From Balneolaceae bacterium (GTDB lineage Bacteria > Bacteroidota > Rhodothermia > Balneolales > Balneolaceae), in the NCBI GenBank assembly GCA_040878765.1, contig JBBDLQ010000196.1, positions 43,583-60,075 on the forward strand: a stretch of 16,493 bases of DNA, written 5' to 3'. Below, one piece after another: positions 5,189-12,980 of this stretch. How positions within the stretch are numbered: the first letter of the stretch is position 1; each line of letters starts with the position of its first letter. The notes under the pieces were generated by a model, which worked only from the letters and a program-made list of their open reading frames with translations, was not told the DNA's origin and made no database searches. A program made the position numbers and the translations under genes.

Positions 5189-7633
5189 TTATTTGATCAA
5201 TGTCATCCTATGCATTTCAACATAGTTTTCTGCACTAATCCTGTATAAATATAACCCACTATTTAGATTACTGGCGTCGAAAATTACTTCATGCTCTCCG
5301 CGAGATTTACTTTCATTAACCAGTGTTGAAATTAATCGTCCGGCAATATCAAACACCTCGAGCTTCACATGTACATTGGTAGGTACATGGTATCTGATGA
5401 TGGTATTCGGATTAAATGGATTTGGGTAGTTTTGAAATAAACTAAATGAATCAGGCAGTGTTGAAGCCTCACTCCCATCTAATTCATTAGATGATAGTCC
5501 AGCTCCCAAATCAATATTTGAAGCTGAGGCAGTTGGAGGGTTTACATTTGAGGCAACAATTATTACTCCAGAAGGAGGTTCAGGTGTGAAGCCTGTTACC
5601 TCGTAACCATTAACTAAACCATCATCAATAGCACCCGATTTTTTGCTTTTCGGAACATGAACCTGGAATGATGATTCTGCTATATTACCGCTTCCATCAC
5701 TAACTCCGACATACACAGTATATACACGACCATTTCCGCCACCAAGGCGTTCTGCTCTTAAATCAACGGAAAGGCCATCTTCAGAAATTATGATGTCGTT
5801 AGTGGTATTACCGTCACCGCCACCACCTTTACGGCCTTTACCATTATTAGATCCTGACTGCTCTTCAGGCTCATCACTAGTAACTCGCGTAATTATTACA
5901 TCCCCTGCACTCACATTTTCATCACAGGCATCTTCAACTGATTGTATAAAGTCTAAGATGTCAAATGTATGATACTTGTGGTTTGGAGGCCATAGAATGA
6001 ACGGTTCAGAATCAGTTACCAACTCTGGAGGTGTAGTATCCACAACGGTAATAGTAACTTCATCAGTATGAGTGGCTTCGCATTCATCTTCTACAGTTAG
6101 TGTGATGGTATGAACTCCTAATGGAAGATCAATGGTTTGGTTTACTCCTGTTAGGGTAACATCTTCATAAGACCATGTATAAGTGAGTTCATGACCGTCG
6201 GCGTCAAAAGAACCACTACCATCTAGAACTATATCGCAGGCAGGGCATTCTAATGTTTGGTCAGCCCCGGCATCAGCCACTGGCTCGGTATTTACCACAG
6301 TAATCACGACCTCATCGGAATCTGTTTCACCTTCTCCGTCATCAACTGTTAACGTAATTGTATGTTCTCCAAGTGGAAGTTCTACCGTAGGATTTACCCC
6401 AGCTACAGTTCCAAAATCACCTGTCCACGTATAGGTTAACGAATCTCCATCTGGATCTGATGATCCGCTTCCATCCAATTCCACATCACAAGCAGGGCAC
6501 GTGACAGTTTGATCTTCACCGGCATCAGCAATTGGGGGTTGATTCGCACTTACGTTTATAGTGGCTCCGCACTGTGTTTGCTGACCATATTGATCGGTGG
6601 CTGAAAAAGTAAGAACAAAACTTCCCGTTTGCGAGGAAGAAGGTGTCCAGCTGAATTGAGAAGTAGCGGTTCCCGTTCCGGTTACAGGTACAGAAGGTGA
6701 CGTAGAACTTCCGGATGGCAAACCGATTCCGTTGAGTGAGACTCCAAACCCAGGGTCATCAGCCGTAGCTGTTACATCAAAACTTACTGAATTGCCAATG
6801 GTAGTGTTAAATGGCCCTGTTGGACTTACTTCACAAACCGGAGGGTCACTTTGCACTTGTACGATTTGGAGCATAAAATCAACTGGAACCCGAGATTTTA
6901 CATTTTCATTTTCATCCAGATCTTCAACAATTACTTGCAGTGCCCAAAATTGAGTATCGTTTAACCCGGTATTATTCCAGGTTACTTGTCCTGTATTTGG
7001 GTCAATCGATAAGTTAGGTATAGCAGTATTGATTCCTGATTCGGAAGGAGTTGCAAGACGAAATCGCACATCATCTCCGTCTGGATCAGCAGAACTCACA
7101 AAAAAGGATGAGGCTGAACCTTGTCCTACATTCACTATCGGAAATTGGTTACTGACTGGTGAGCTGTTCCCTGAAAAAGGAGTAACCGTAGTAGTTAGCC
7201 AAAAATTGCCGTTAGATGCATTATTAATACCTGCGATTCTGCAACAACTTATGAGCCCGGCTGTAAATGGTCCGGCAGAATTATATGTTTTTTGCACTAC
7301 AAATTCAGCTTCAAGCCAGTTTTCACTTATATTCACGTTTGTTACTGTAGCTTGAATAAATACTGAAGTATTGTCCCCAAAATTAAAAGTACCAATTCCT
7401 ATTATATTTCCAACTGGAGCATTGTAAGCATTATATCGAAGAGCCATTTTCATCCGGAATTCAACCTGTCCGGGAGTATCAGTAGTTGACCAGCTGATGG
7501 TTCCATATCTGAAATGACTTGCTTCCGCATTTTGCGGTATTAATATTGTTACCAATAAACCCAGGCATACTAATAGCAGCATCCTGGTACTAAATGTACC
7601 AATGGTGGTTTTATTCCCCATTTTTAACCTCAT
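5189..7633 (-). CDS. Large secreted multi-domain adhesin-like protein exported by the type IX secretion system. Domain order: signal peptide, unassigned N-terminal beta-rich module, 2 cadherin-like/He_PIG-type Ig domains, 2 PKD-like repeats, PNHK/LRAER module, T9SS C-terminal sorting domain.
   Basis: 814-aa ORF.
- Signal peptide: MGNKTTIGTFSTRMLLLVCLGLLVTILIPQNAEA/SH.
- Cadherin-like signatures: SSADPDGDDVRFRL...LSIDPNTGQVTWNN and FSWTPSSSQTGSFVLTFSATDQYG.
- Two ~84-aa PKD-like repeats: ADAGxDQT..CPACD..LDGSGS.D.DG..LTYTW.
- C-terminus: FSLFQNYPNPFNPNTIIRYHVP...LYLYRISAENYVEMHRMTLIK, a classic Por secretion tail (type A CTD, TIGR04183-like). Confidence 0.88.
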   Translation of the reverse strand: MRLKMGNKTTIGTFSTRMLLLVCLGLLVTILIPQNAEASHFRYGTISWSTTDTPGQVEFRMKMALRYNAYNAPVGNIIGIGTFNFGDNTSVFIQATVTNVNISENWLEAEFVVQKTYNSAGPFTAGLISCCRIAGINNASNGNFWLTTTVTPFSGNSSPVSNQFPIVNVGQGSASSFFVSSADPDGDDVRFRLATPSESGINTAIPNLSIDPNTGQVTWNNTGLNDTQFWALQVIVEDLDENENVKSRVPVDFMLQIVQVQSDPPVCEVSPTGPFNTTIGNSVSFDVTATADDPGFGVSLNGIGLPSGSSTSPSVPVTGTGTATSQFSWTPSSSQTGSFVLTFSATDQYGQQTQCGATINVSANQPPIADAGEDQTVTCPACDVELDGSGSSDPDGDSLTYTWTGDFGTVAGVNPTVELPLGEHTITLTVDDGEGETDSDEVVITVVNTEPVADAGADQTLECPACDIVLDGSGSFDADGHELTYTWSYEDVTLTGVNQTIDLPLGVHTITLTVEDECEATHTDEVTITVVDTTPPELVTDSEPFILWPPNHKYHTFDILDFIQSVEDACDENVSAGDVIITRVTSDEPEEQSGSNNGKGRKGGGGDGNTTNDIIISEDGLSVDLRAERLGGGNGRVYTVYVGVSDGSGNIAESSFQVHVPKSKKSGAIDDGLVNGYEVTGFTPEPPSGVIIVASNVNPPTASASNIDLGAGLSSNELDGSEASTLPDSFSLFQNYPNPFNPNTIIRYHVPTNVHVKLEVFDIAGRLISTLVNESKSRGEHEVIFDASNLNSGLYLYRISAENYVEMHRMTLIK
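5192..5449 (-). other. T9SS (Por) C-terminal sorting domain of the 814-aa protein (aa ~729-814)
   Basis: The motifs NYPNPFNP, (I/T)IRY, VKLEVFDIAGRLI and SGLYLYRI, followed by K at the extreme C-terminus, match the conserved CTD blocks. Confidence 0.85.
6035..6538 (-). repeat. Tandem in-frame duplication encoding two PKD-like domains (aa 366-449 and 450-533)
   Basis: The two repeat units are:
- PPIADAGEDQTVTCPACDVELDGSGSSDPDGDSLTYTWTGDFGTVAGVNPTVELPLGEHTITLTVDDGEGETDSDEVVITVVNT
- EPVADAGADQTLECPACDIVLDGSGSFDADGHELTYTWSYEDVTLTGVNQTIDLPLGVHTITLTVEDECEATHTDEVTITVVDT
They have the same length and roughly half the residues are identical by eye. Confidence 0.85.
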
Positions 7634-7888
7634 ATTATTTTTGTTCTAATTAAATAGCCTGTGTGCAGCTTCAGGCTGTGTACCCGTTACTAATAGTGAA
7701 TCACTTTAAGATTAGCTGATTCTAATATATTATTTTTCTCATTATAGTCAATATTAAAACTTAAATTAATTAGGCATAACTGAAAAGAAATTAACTAAAG
7801 AGTGGGGTTTTCTACCTATCATTCCTTAATTTGGAATCACAAATCATAATAAATGGTTATTTCTGCATCTTGTATATTTAATGTATGA
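7634..7888. promoter_or_regulatory. Divergent intergenic region that presumably carries promoters for the T9SS cargo gene (-) and the dxr operon (+)
   Basis: 255-nt very AT-rich non-coding gap between divergent genes. TATATTTA at 7873..7880 is a near match to the Bacteroidota -7 element TAnnTTTG. This is positional inference only. Confidence 0.35.
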
Positions 7889-9067
7889 GTGCATCATGTA
7901 AAGAAAACAAAAGCGCATTTGAACAAACAAAAACTGGCAATTCTTGGATCAACCGGATCCATAGGAACACAAGCTTTAGATATAATCCGTCAGCATCCCG
8001 GGAAATTTGAAATAGCAGCACTTACTGCGAATTCTAATTGGAAATTACTTGCCGAGCAGATAAAAGAATTCAATCCCAAATACACTCTAATTGGTGATGA
8101 AAAGCATTATCAGGATCTAAAATCTTTATTAAATCATACCAAAATTATATCCGGTTCCGATAAACTTCCGGAAATTGCCTCACTTGATGAATTGGATATT
8201 GTATTAAATGCTTTAGTGGGTTTTGCGGGTTTTGAATCCACCTTAGCAGCCATTAAAGCCCATAAAAAAGTGGCTTTGGCTAATAAAGAATCTCTGGTTG
8301 TTGGGGGAGAGCTGATCATGGCCGAACTGCATAAATCCAAAGCCCAACTTATTCCGGTGGATTCTGAACATAGCGCTATGCTGCAATGTTTGGCTGGTGA
8401 ATCGATGGATGATATTGAGAAGATCATTATTACTGCAAGTGGTGGTCCATTCAGGGAATTATCCATAGAACAGATGCAAAAAGTGACGGTTGAGCAGGCT
8501 TTAAATCATCCAAACTGGGATATGGGAGCTAAAATAACCATTGATTCCTCAACCATGATGAATAAGGGCCTCGAAATTATTGAAGCTCATTGGCTGTTTG
8601 ATATTCCGGTTGATAAAATTGAACCGGTTATTCATCCACAAAGCATCATTCATTCAATGGTTACTTTTATAGATGGATCAACTAAAGCACAACTTGGTTT
8701 ACCCGATATGAAAGTGCCAATAATTTATGCGTTAAGTTACCCGGCAAGATTACCGCTCGACACCCCCCGGTTGGATTGGCATAAAGCCCAAGAACTGAGC
8801 TTTGAACCGGTTGATTTTGGACGTTTTCCATGCGTACACTTAGCCATGGAAAGCATTAATATTGGGGGATATGCCCCGGCAGTTTTAAACGCAGCAAATG
8901 AAGTTGCTGTTGAACGATTTTTGAATAAAGAAATTGGTTATATTTATATCTCAAAAATAGTCGAGAAAAGTTTGGCGAAAATAAAATCAAACGATAGTTT
9001 GAACACAGAGACGCTCAAAGAAATTGACAAAGAGACGCGCAGTTACGCGGCAACAATATTTAAATAA
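7889..9067 (+). CDS. dxr: 1-deoxy-D-xylulose 5-phosphate reductoisomerase (MEP pathway)
   Basis: It has KLAILGSTGSIGTQALDII (NADPH-binding N-terminus), LANKESLV, PVDSEHSA, ASGGPFR, NHPNW.MG.KITIDS.TMMNKGLE.IEA and IHPQSIIHSMV, all canonical Dxr blocks. The start is ambiguous. The ORF track uses GTG 7889, but TTG 7919 would give MNKQKLAILGSTGSIG, a more typical N-terminal length. Confidence 0.92.
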   Translation: MHHVKKTKAHLNKQKLAILGSTGSIGTQALDIIRQHPGKFEIAALTANSNWKLLAEQIKEFNPKYTLIGDEKHYQDLKSLLNHTKIISGSDKLPEIASLDELDIVLNALVGFAGFESTLAAIKAHKKVALANKESLVVGGELIMAELHKSKAQLIPVDSEHSAMLQCLAGESMDDIEKIIITASGGPFRELSIEQMQKVTVEQALNHPNWDMGAKITIDSSTMMNKGLEIIEAHWLFDIPVDKIEPVIHPQSIIHSMVTFIDGSTKAQLGLPDMKVPIIYALSYPARLPLDTPRLDWHKAQELSFEPVDFGRFPCVHLAMESINIGGYAPAVLNAANEVAVERFLNKEIGYIYISKIVEKSLAKIKSNDSLNTETLKEIDKETRSYAATIFK

Positions 9068-9072
9068 GATAC

Positions 9073-10413
9073 ATGGACTGGTTTTTAAATTTATTAAACA
9101 CAATTCTGATCTTTGGCGGGGCTTTAATGATCCTCGTTTTTGTGCATGAATTAGGACACTTTTTAGCCGCAAAGTTATTCGGTATGCGGGTTGAACGTTT
9201 TTCAATCGGCTTTCCCCCAAGAGTGTGGGGTTTCCAAAAAGGTGATACGGATTACTGCATTGGTGCTACGCCATTAGGCGGTTATGTCAAGATTTCCGGA
9301 ATGATCGATGAGAGTATGGATACCGAACACCTTGAAAAGGATCCGGAACCCTGGGAATACCGTAGCAAACCTGTTTGGCAGCGTATTATCACTATTACAG
9401 CCGGGGTTATCTTTAATATGATTTTGGCTTTCTTTATCTACTTCGGGATGACTTATTCCAATGGCAAAGCAGTGCTTCCGATAGCTGAAACGGAAGGAAT
9501 TTATGTACCGGAAAGTTCTATTTTACATGAAATAGGTTTTGAAACCGGTGATAAAATCATTGGCGTAAACGGCGAGCGGGTTGTTTATTTTAATGAACTG
9601 GTTTCTGCTTCCGAAATCACTTCTGATAACCTCAATTACACGGTATTGAGAGGCGGAAACGAGATTAATGTTCCGGTTAGCCCAAACTATCTTGACAGTT
9701 TGCAAACAAGGGGATTTATAAACCCTGAGTATACACTTCCAAGTAAGATATCGAGTGCGCCCGCTGGCCGTCCCGCAGCGGAGGCCGGACTAAAGCCAGG
9801 TGATCAAATTATCTCTGCCAATGGAGATACGGTGCTTTATTGGATGCAATTAGTGGATATTATTCAAAATGCAGATTCAGCTGTGAATTTTGGTATACAA
9901 AGGGGAGATTCCGTTTTTTATGCTTCCATAACTCCTGATCCGGATACAAAAACTATAGGAATTGCTTCACCAAATCCTCTATCGTTGGGATATGAACGAA
10001 TAGAATACGGTTTCTGGGAATCGTTAGTGGAAGGATATAATCAAACCGCAGAACAAACAGTAGGTATTATTCAGGGTTTCACCAGAATGATAAAAGGGGA
10101 TATCTCTGTAACCCAAAACTTAGGCGGCCCCATAGCTATTGCTAATATCACCAGAGACGCAACGGACCAGGCCGGGTGGATTGGTTTTTGGAATATTACC
10201 GCATTATTAAGCATAACACTGGCTATTTTGAATATCCTGCCGATACCTGTTTTAGACGGAGGTCACCTCGTATTTCTGCTTTATGAAGGAATTACCCGGC
10301 GTGAACCATCCGATAAAGTGCGTATGGTAGCTCAACAAATTGGTTTCTTCTTAATGATCGGCCTCTTTATTTTTGTAATGTTTAACGATGCATTCAGATA
10401 TTTCGGACTTTAA
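9073..10413 (+). CDS. rseP: RIP metalloprotease RseP (site-2 protease, peptidase family M50) with PDZ domains
   Basis: 446-aa ORF. It has the HELGHFLAAK (HExxH) motif in the first TM helix, two PDZ-like segments (GDKIIGVNGE..., LKPGDQIISANGD...) and the C-terminal LNILPIPVLDGGH (NxxPxxxLDG) motif. It starts 5 nt after dxr. dxr/rseP adjacency is a conserved arrangement in many bacteria. Confidence 0.9.
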   Translation: MDWFLNLLNTILIFGGALMILVFVHELGHFLAAKLFGMRVERFSIGFPPRVWGFQKGDTDYCIGATPLGGYVKISGMIDESMDTEHLEKDPEPWEYRSKPVWQRIITITAGVIFNMILAFFIYFGMTYSNGKAVLPIAETEGIYVPESSILHEIGFETGDKIIGVNGERVVYFNELVSASEITSDNLNYTVLRGGNEINVPVSPNYLDSLQTRGFINPEYTLPSKISSAPAGRPAAEAGLKPGDQIISANGDTVLYWMQLVDIIQNADSAVNFGIQRGDSVFYASITPDPDTKTIGIASPNPLSLGYERIEYGFWESLVEGYNQTAEQTVGIIQGFTRMIKGDISVTQNLGGPIAIANITRDATDQAGWIGFWNITALLSITLAILNILPIPVLDGGHLVFLLYEGITRREPSDKVRMVAQQIGFFLMIGLFIFVMFNDAFRYFGL

Positions 10414-10414
10414 G

Positions 10415-11065
10415 ATGTTAGCACGAGAAGGATATTCAACCATACTTTTTGTACTTCTGGTTTCCATCTTTGTATGTGGGTTTGCCTTCTATTATCTGGA
10501 TCATTGGTTTGCCTATGTTATTTATGCATCCATGTTTGTGTTAACCATATTAACTGTTTTTTTCTTTCGTGATCCGGAGCGATACACGCCTGAGAATGAG
10601 AATTACATCATTGCTCCTGCCGATGGTAAAGTAGTTTTTGTGAAAGAAATTCATGAAGACGTTTATCTTAAAGAAAAAGCTACTCAAATAAGCATTTTTC
10701 TATCCCCATTGAATGTTCATGTAAACCGTAACCCGGTTTCAGGATTATTGCAGTATGTAAAATATCATCCTGGCGAATATTTAATGGCCTGGACAGAACA
10801 TGCCTCTGAACTTAATGAGAGAGCTGATTTTGGAGTTCTTCATTCCTCAAAAACCAAAATTTTCTTCCGCCAGATAACCGGTTTTTTAGCAAGAAGAATA
10901 GTATTTAATATTCATGAAGGGGATGAACTAAAAGCTGGAGAACGATTTGGTATCATGAAATTTGGCTCCAGAATGGATGTGGTTGTACCAGCTAATGTAG
11001 AAGTTAAAGTTCAACCTGGCGATACAACGGTAGCCGGAGAATCTATACTGGGAATAATTAACTGA
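10415..11065 (+). CDS. psd: Phosphatidylserine decarboxylase proenzyme (short, Asd/PSD-type)
   Basis: It has N-terminal TM helices, FFRDPER, APADGKV, ISIFLSPLNVHVNR.P..G, G.LARRIV and the self-cleavage site FG/SRMD (Gly-Ser at 10964..10969). I chose ATG 10415 (MLAREGY...), which lies 1 nt after the rseP stop. The ORF-track start at ATG 10388 would overlap rseP by 26 nt and is also possible. Confidence 0.85.
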   Translation: MLAREGYSTILFVLLVSIFVCGFAFYYLDHWFAYVIYASMFVLTILTVFFFRDPERYTPENENYIIAPADGKVVFVKEIHEDVYLKEKATQISIFLSPLNVHVNRNPVSGLLQYVKYHPGEYLMAWTEHASELNERADFGVLHSSKTKIFFRQITGFLARRIVFNIHEGDELKAGERFGIMKFGSRMDVVVPANVEVKVQPGDTTVAGESILGIIN

Positions 11066-11895
11066 TGAAATATCCTATCCAGAAAAAATATCACACCTTT
11101 AGAGAACGAAGGCAAAACAGAAAGAAAACCAAACCTCCTGTTAATAAAAAAATAGCTGTTCCCAGCTTTTTCACGCTAATGAATCTTTTTTGTGGTTTCC
11201 TGGCCATTATTTCAATTTCTGACGGAGATTTTGTGAGAGGCGCCTGGCTTATAGCCCTTGCAGGTTTATTTGATGTTTTCGATGGATTGATGGCGCGGCT
11301 TGCAGATGCCACAAGCGACTTTGGCATCGAGCTGGATTCCATAAGTGATATGGTATCGTTTGGGGTTGCTCCCGGCTTTTTAATTTATAGCTGGAGCCTT
11401 AATGAATTAGGATTTTTGGGAATTATGGTTAGTGCATTACCACCGCTTTGTGGAGCTGTAAGGCTGGCTCGTTTTAATGTTAACGCAAGGCTTCAGCCTA
11501 CTAAAGATCATTTTATTGGCCTTCCGATTCCGGCACAGGCTATTATTTTAGGAGCGTTTTTTCTCACATTCAGAGAATCATTCGAGTTATTTTCATTTCT
11601 TGAAAATGGTGTGAATTCAGTGATAATCCCATTTGTAGTAGTAATCTCATTCCTGATGGTTAGTACACTTCCATTCGATAAAATCCCTCGATTCGACAGA
11701 CATACCATCCGTGAACAACGAGGCAAATTTGTACTCTTTGTGTTCTATCTGATCCTGATCTTACTCTTTAAGGAATATGGACTCATGGCAGTATTTACCA
11801 TCTTTATGCTCAAGGGAATTGGGACCGGAACCATCCAGTTTTTTACGGATGATTATGGTCCGGAAGGTGTAGATGAATTTCAGGATTACAGCTGA
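11065..11895 (+). CDS. pssA: CDP-diacylglycerol--serine O-phosphatidyltransferase (CDP-alcohol phosphatidyltransferase family)
   Basis: The CDP-OH-P-transferase motif D-G-x2-A-R-x8-G-x3-D-x3-D is present as FDGLMARLADATSDFGIELDSISD. The protein is multi-pass hydrophobic. Its ATG shares one base with the psd stop (TGATG), so the two genes look translationally coupled. Confidence 0.88.
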   Translation: MKYPIQKKYHTFRERRQNRKKTKPPVNKKIAVPSFFTLMNLFCGFLAIISISDGDFVRGAWLIALAGLFDVFDGLMARLADATSDFGIELDSISDMVSFGVAPGFLIYSWSLNELGFLGIMVSALPPLCGAVRLARFNVNARLQPTKDHFIGLPIPAQAIILGAFFLTFRESFELFSFLENGVNSVIIPFVVVISFLMVSTLPFDKIPRFDRHTIREQRGKFVLFVFYLILILLFKEYGLMAVFTIFMLKGIGTGTIQFFTDDYGPEGVDEFQDYS

Positions 11896-12980
11896 TTTTT
11901 TAACACATTCTTTATGTTGATGGCGGCGTTTCCATCCCCAAAAATTGAGGACTTATTAGCTTGGATTTTCTTTACCAATAAAGCCTCAACTCGATCAATA
12001 ATTTTTGAAGTGTCTGTGCCTACCAATTCGCCTAAACCGCAGTCTATCAGTTCCTGACGTTCGGTTTCATTTCTAAGTACAAGTACATGTTTACCTAAAG
12101 ATGCGGCTTCTTCCTGAATGCCGCCAGAATCAGAAAGTATTATATCAGCGCGGTCCAGAATATGCAGGAAGGAGAGATAGTCGAAAGGTTCGGTTTGCAG
12201 GAAACGACTATTTTTGATCCCGGATTTCTGAACGGCCTTTTTAACTTCGGGATTAGGATGAGCCGGAAAAATCACACTCACTTCCGGATGATCATTCAGA
12301 ATTTCATTGATAGCATTAAATACATCCAGTAAAGGCTGACCATGGTTTTCACGCCGGTGTGCCGTTAGTACAATCAGTTTTTGAGCCGATTCAACATTTG
12401 ATAGAATACTTGGTTTTGAATCTGCATAATCAGCAGAATCACGAATAAGCTGTAGCGCATCAATTACCGTATTCCCGGTTACAGATATCTGTTGATCTGA
12501 AATTCCCTCATCCAATAAATTACGTTTATTAAGTTCGGTTGGGGCAAAATGAAAAAAGGATAAATGGCTAATCTGCTTACGATTCATTTCTTCGGGAAAT
12601 GGATTATAAGGATTATGACTGCGAAGCCCGGCCTCAACATGCAATACCGGAATCTGTTGATAATAAGCTGCCAAAGCCGTTAAATACGATGTAGTAGTAT
12701 CACCCTGCACCATTACGTAATCTGGAGATTCCTGTTTAAGAACCTGTTTGATTTTCGGTAAAAGCTTTTGTGTCAGGTCAAAGAGATCCTGTCCCGGCTG
12801 CATGATTTCAAGATTCACATCCGGTTCAATCCCAAACAATGAAAGCATTGGGTCTACCAGCTCTTTATGCTGACCAGTATGTAAAATAGTTAGGGTAAAT
12901 TCCTCACGCAGCCCTAAAATTACCGGAGCAAGTTTAATTACTTCCGGACGAGTGCCAAATGCAATCAGGATCTTCTTCAT
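11886..12980 (-). CDS. wecB: UDP-N-acetylglucosamine 2-epimerase (non-hydrolysing)
   Basis: 364-aa ORF with KKILIAFGTRPEVIKLAPV, VMVQGDTTTS, HVEAGLRS...PFPEE.NR, TGNTVIDAL, LVTAHRREN-like LTAHRRENHG and SDSGGIQEEA, all canonical WecB/MnaA blocks. It is the last gene of the minus-strand operon. Confidence 0.9.
   Translation of the reverse strand: MKKILIAFGTRPEVIKLAPVILGLREEFTLTILHTGQHKELVDPMLSLFGIEPDVNLEIMQPGQDLFDLTQKLLPKIKQVLKQESPDYVMVQGDTTTSYLTALAAYYQQIPVLHVEAGLRSHNPYNPFPEEMNRKQISHLSFFHFAPTELNKRNLLDEGISDQQISVTGNTVIDALQLIRDSADYADSKPSILSNVESAQKLIVLTAHRRENHGQPLLDVFNAINEILNDHPEVSVIFPAHPNPEVKKAVQKSGIKNSRFLQTEPFDYLSFLHILDRADIILSDSGGIQEEAASLGKHVLVLRNETERQELIDCGLGELVGTDTSKIIDRVEALLVKKIQANKSSIFGDGNAAINIKNVLKNQL

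Noticed and set aside
5790-7355. Plus-strand ORFs of 60, 73 and 108 aa opposite the 814-aa gene
   Set aside because: They are antisense shadows of a long gene with strong domain signatures (PKD-like repeats, T9SS CTD). Their Ser/Pro/Thr-rich translations simply reflect the complement of Gly/Asp/Thr-rich codons.
7656-7677. 6-bp hairpin AGCCTG/CAGGCT with a 10-nt loop in the 5' leader region of the T9SS cargo gene; it also contains the direct repeat GCTGTGT
   Set aside because: The stem is short and the loop large. Without comparative data there is no flanking conservation to assess, so this is insufficient to call a regulatory RNA element.
7881-7901. 6-codon mini-ORF ATG TAT GAG TGC ATC ATG TAA overlapping the putative dxr GTG start
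   Set aside because: It has no ribosome-binding context or attenuator-like structure around it. It is most likely a chance occurrence in an AT-rich leader.
8134-9220. Minus-strand ORFs of 110 aa (8134..8466) and 77 aa (8987..9220) opposite dxr and the dxr/rseP junction
   Set aside because: They are antisense to highly conserved housekeeping genes with canonical motifs. They have no independent signals.
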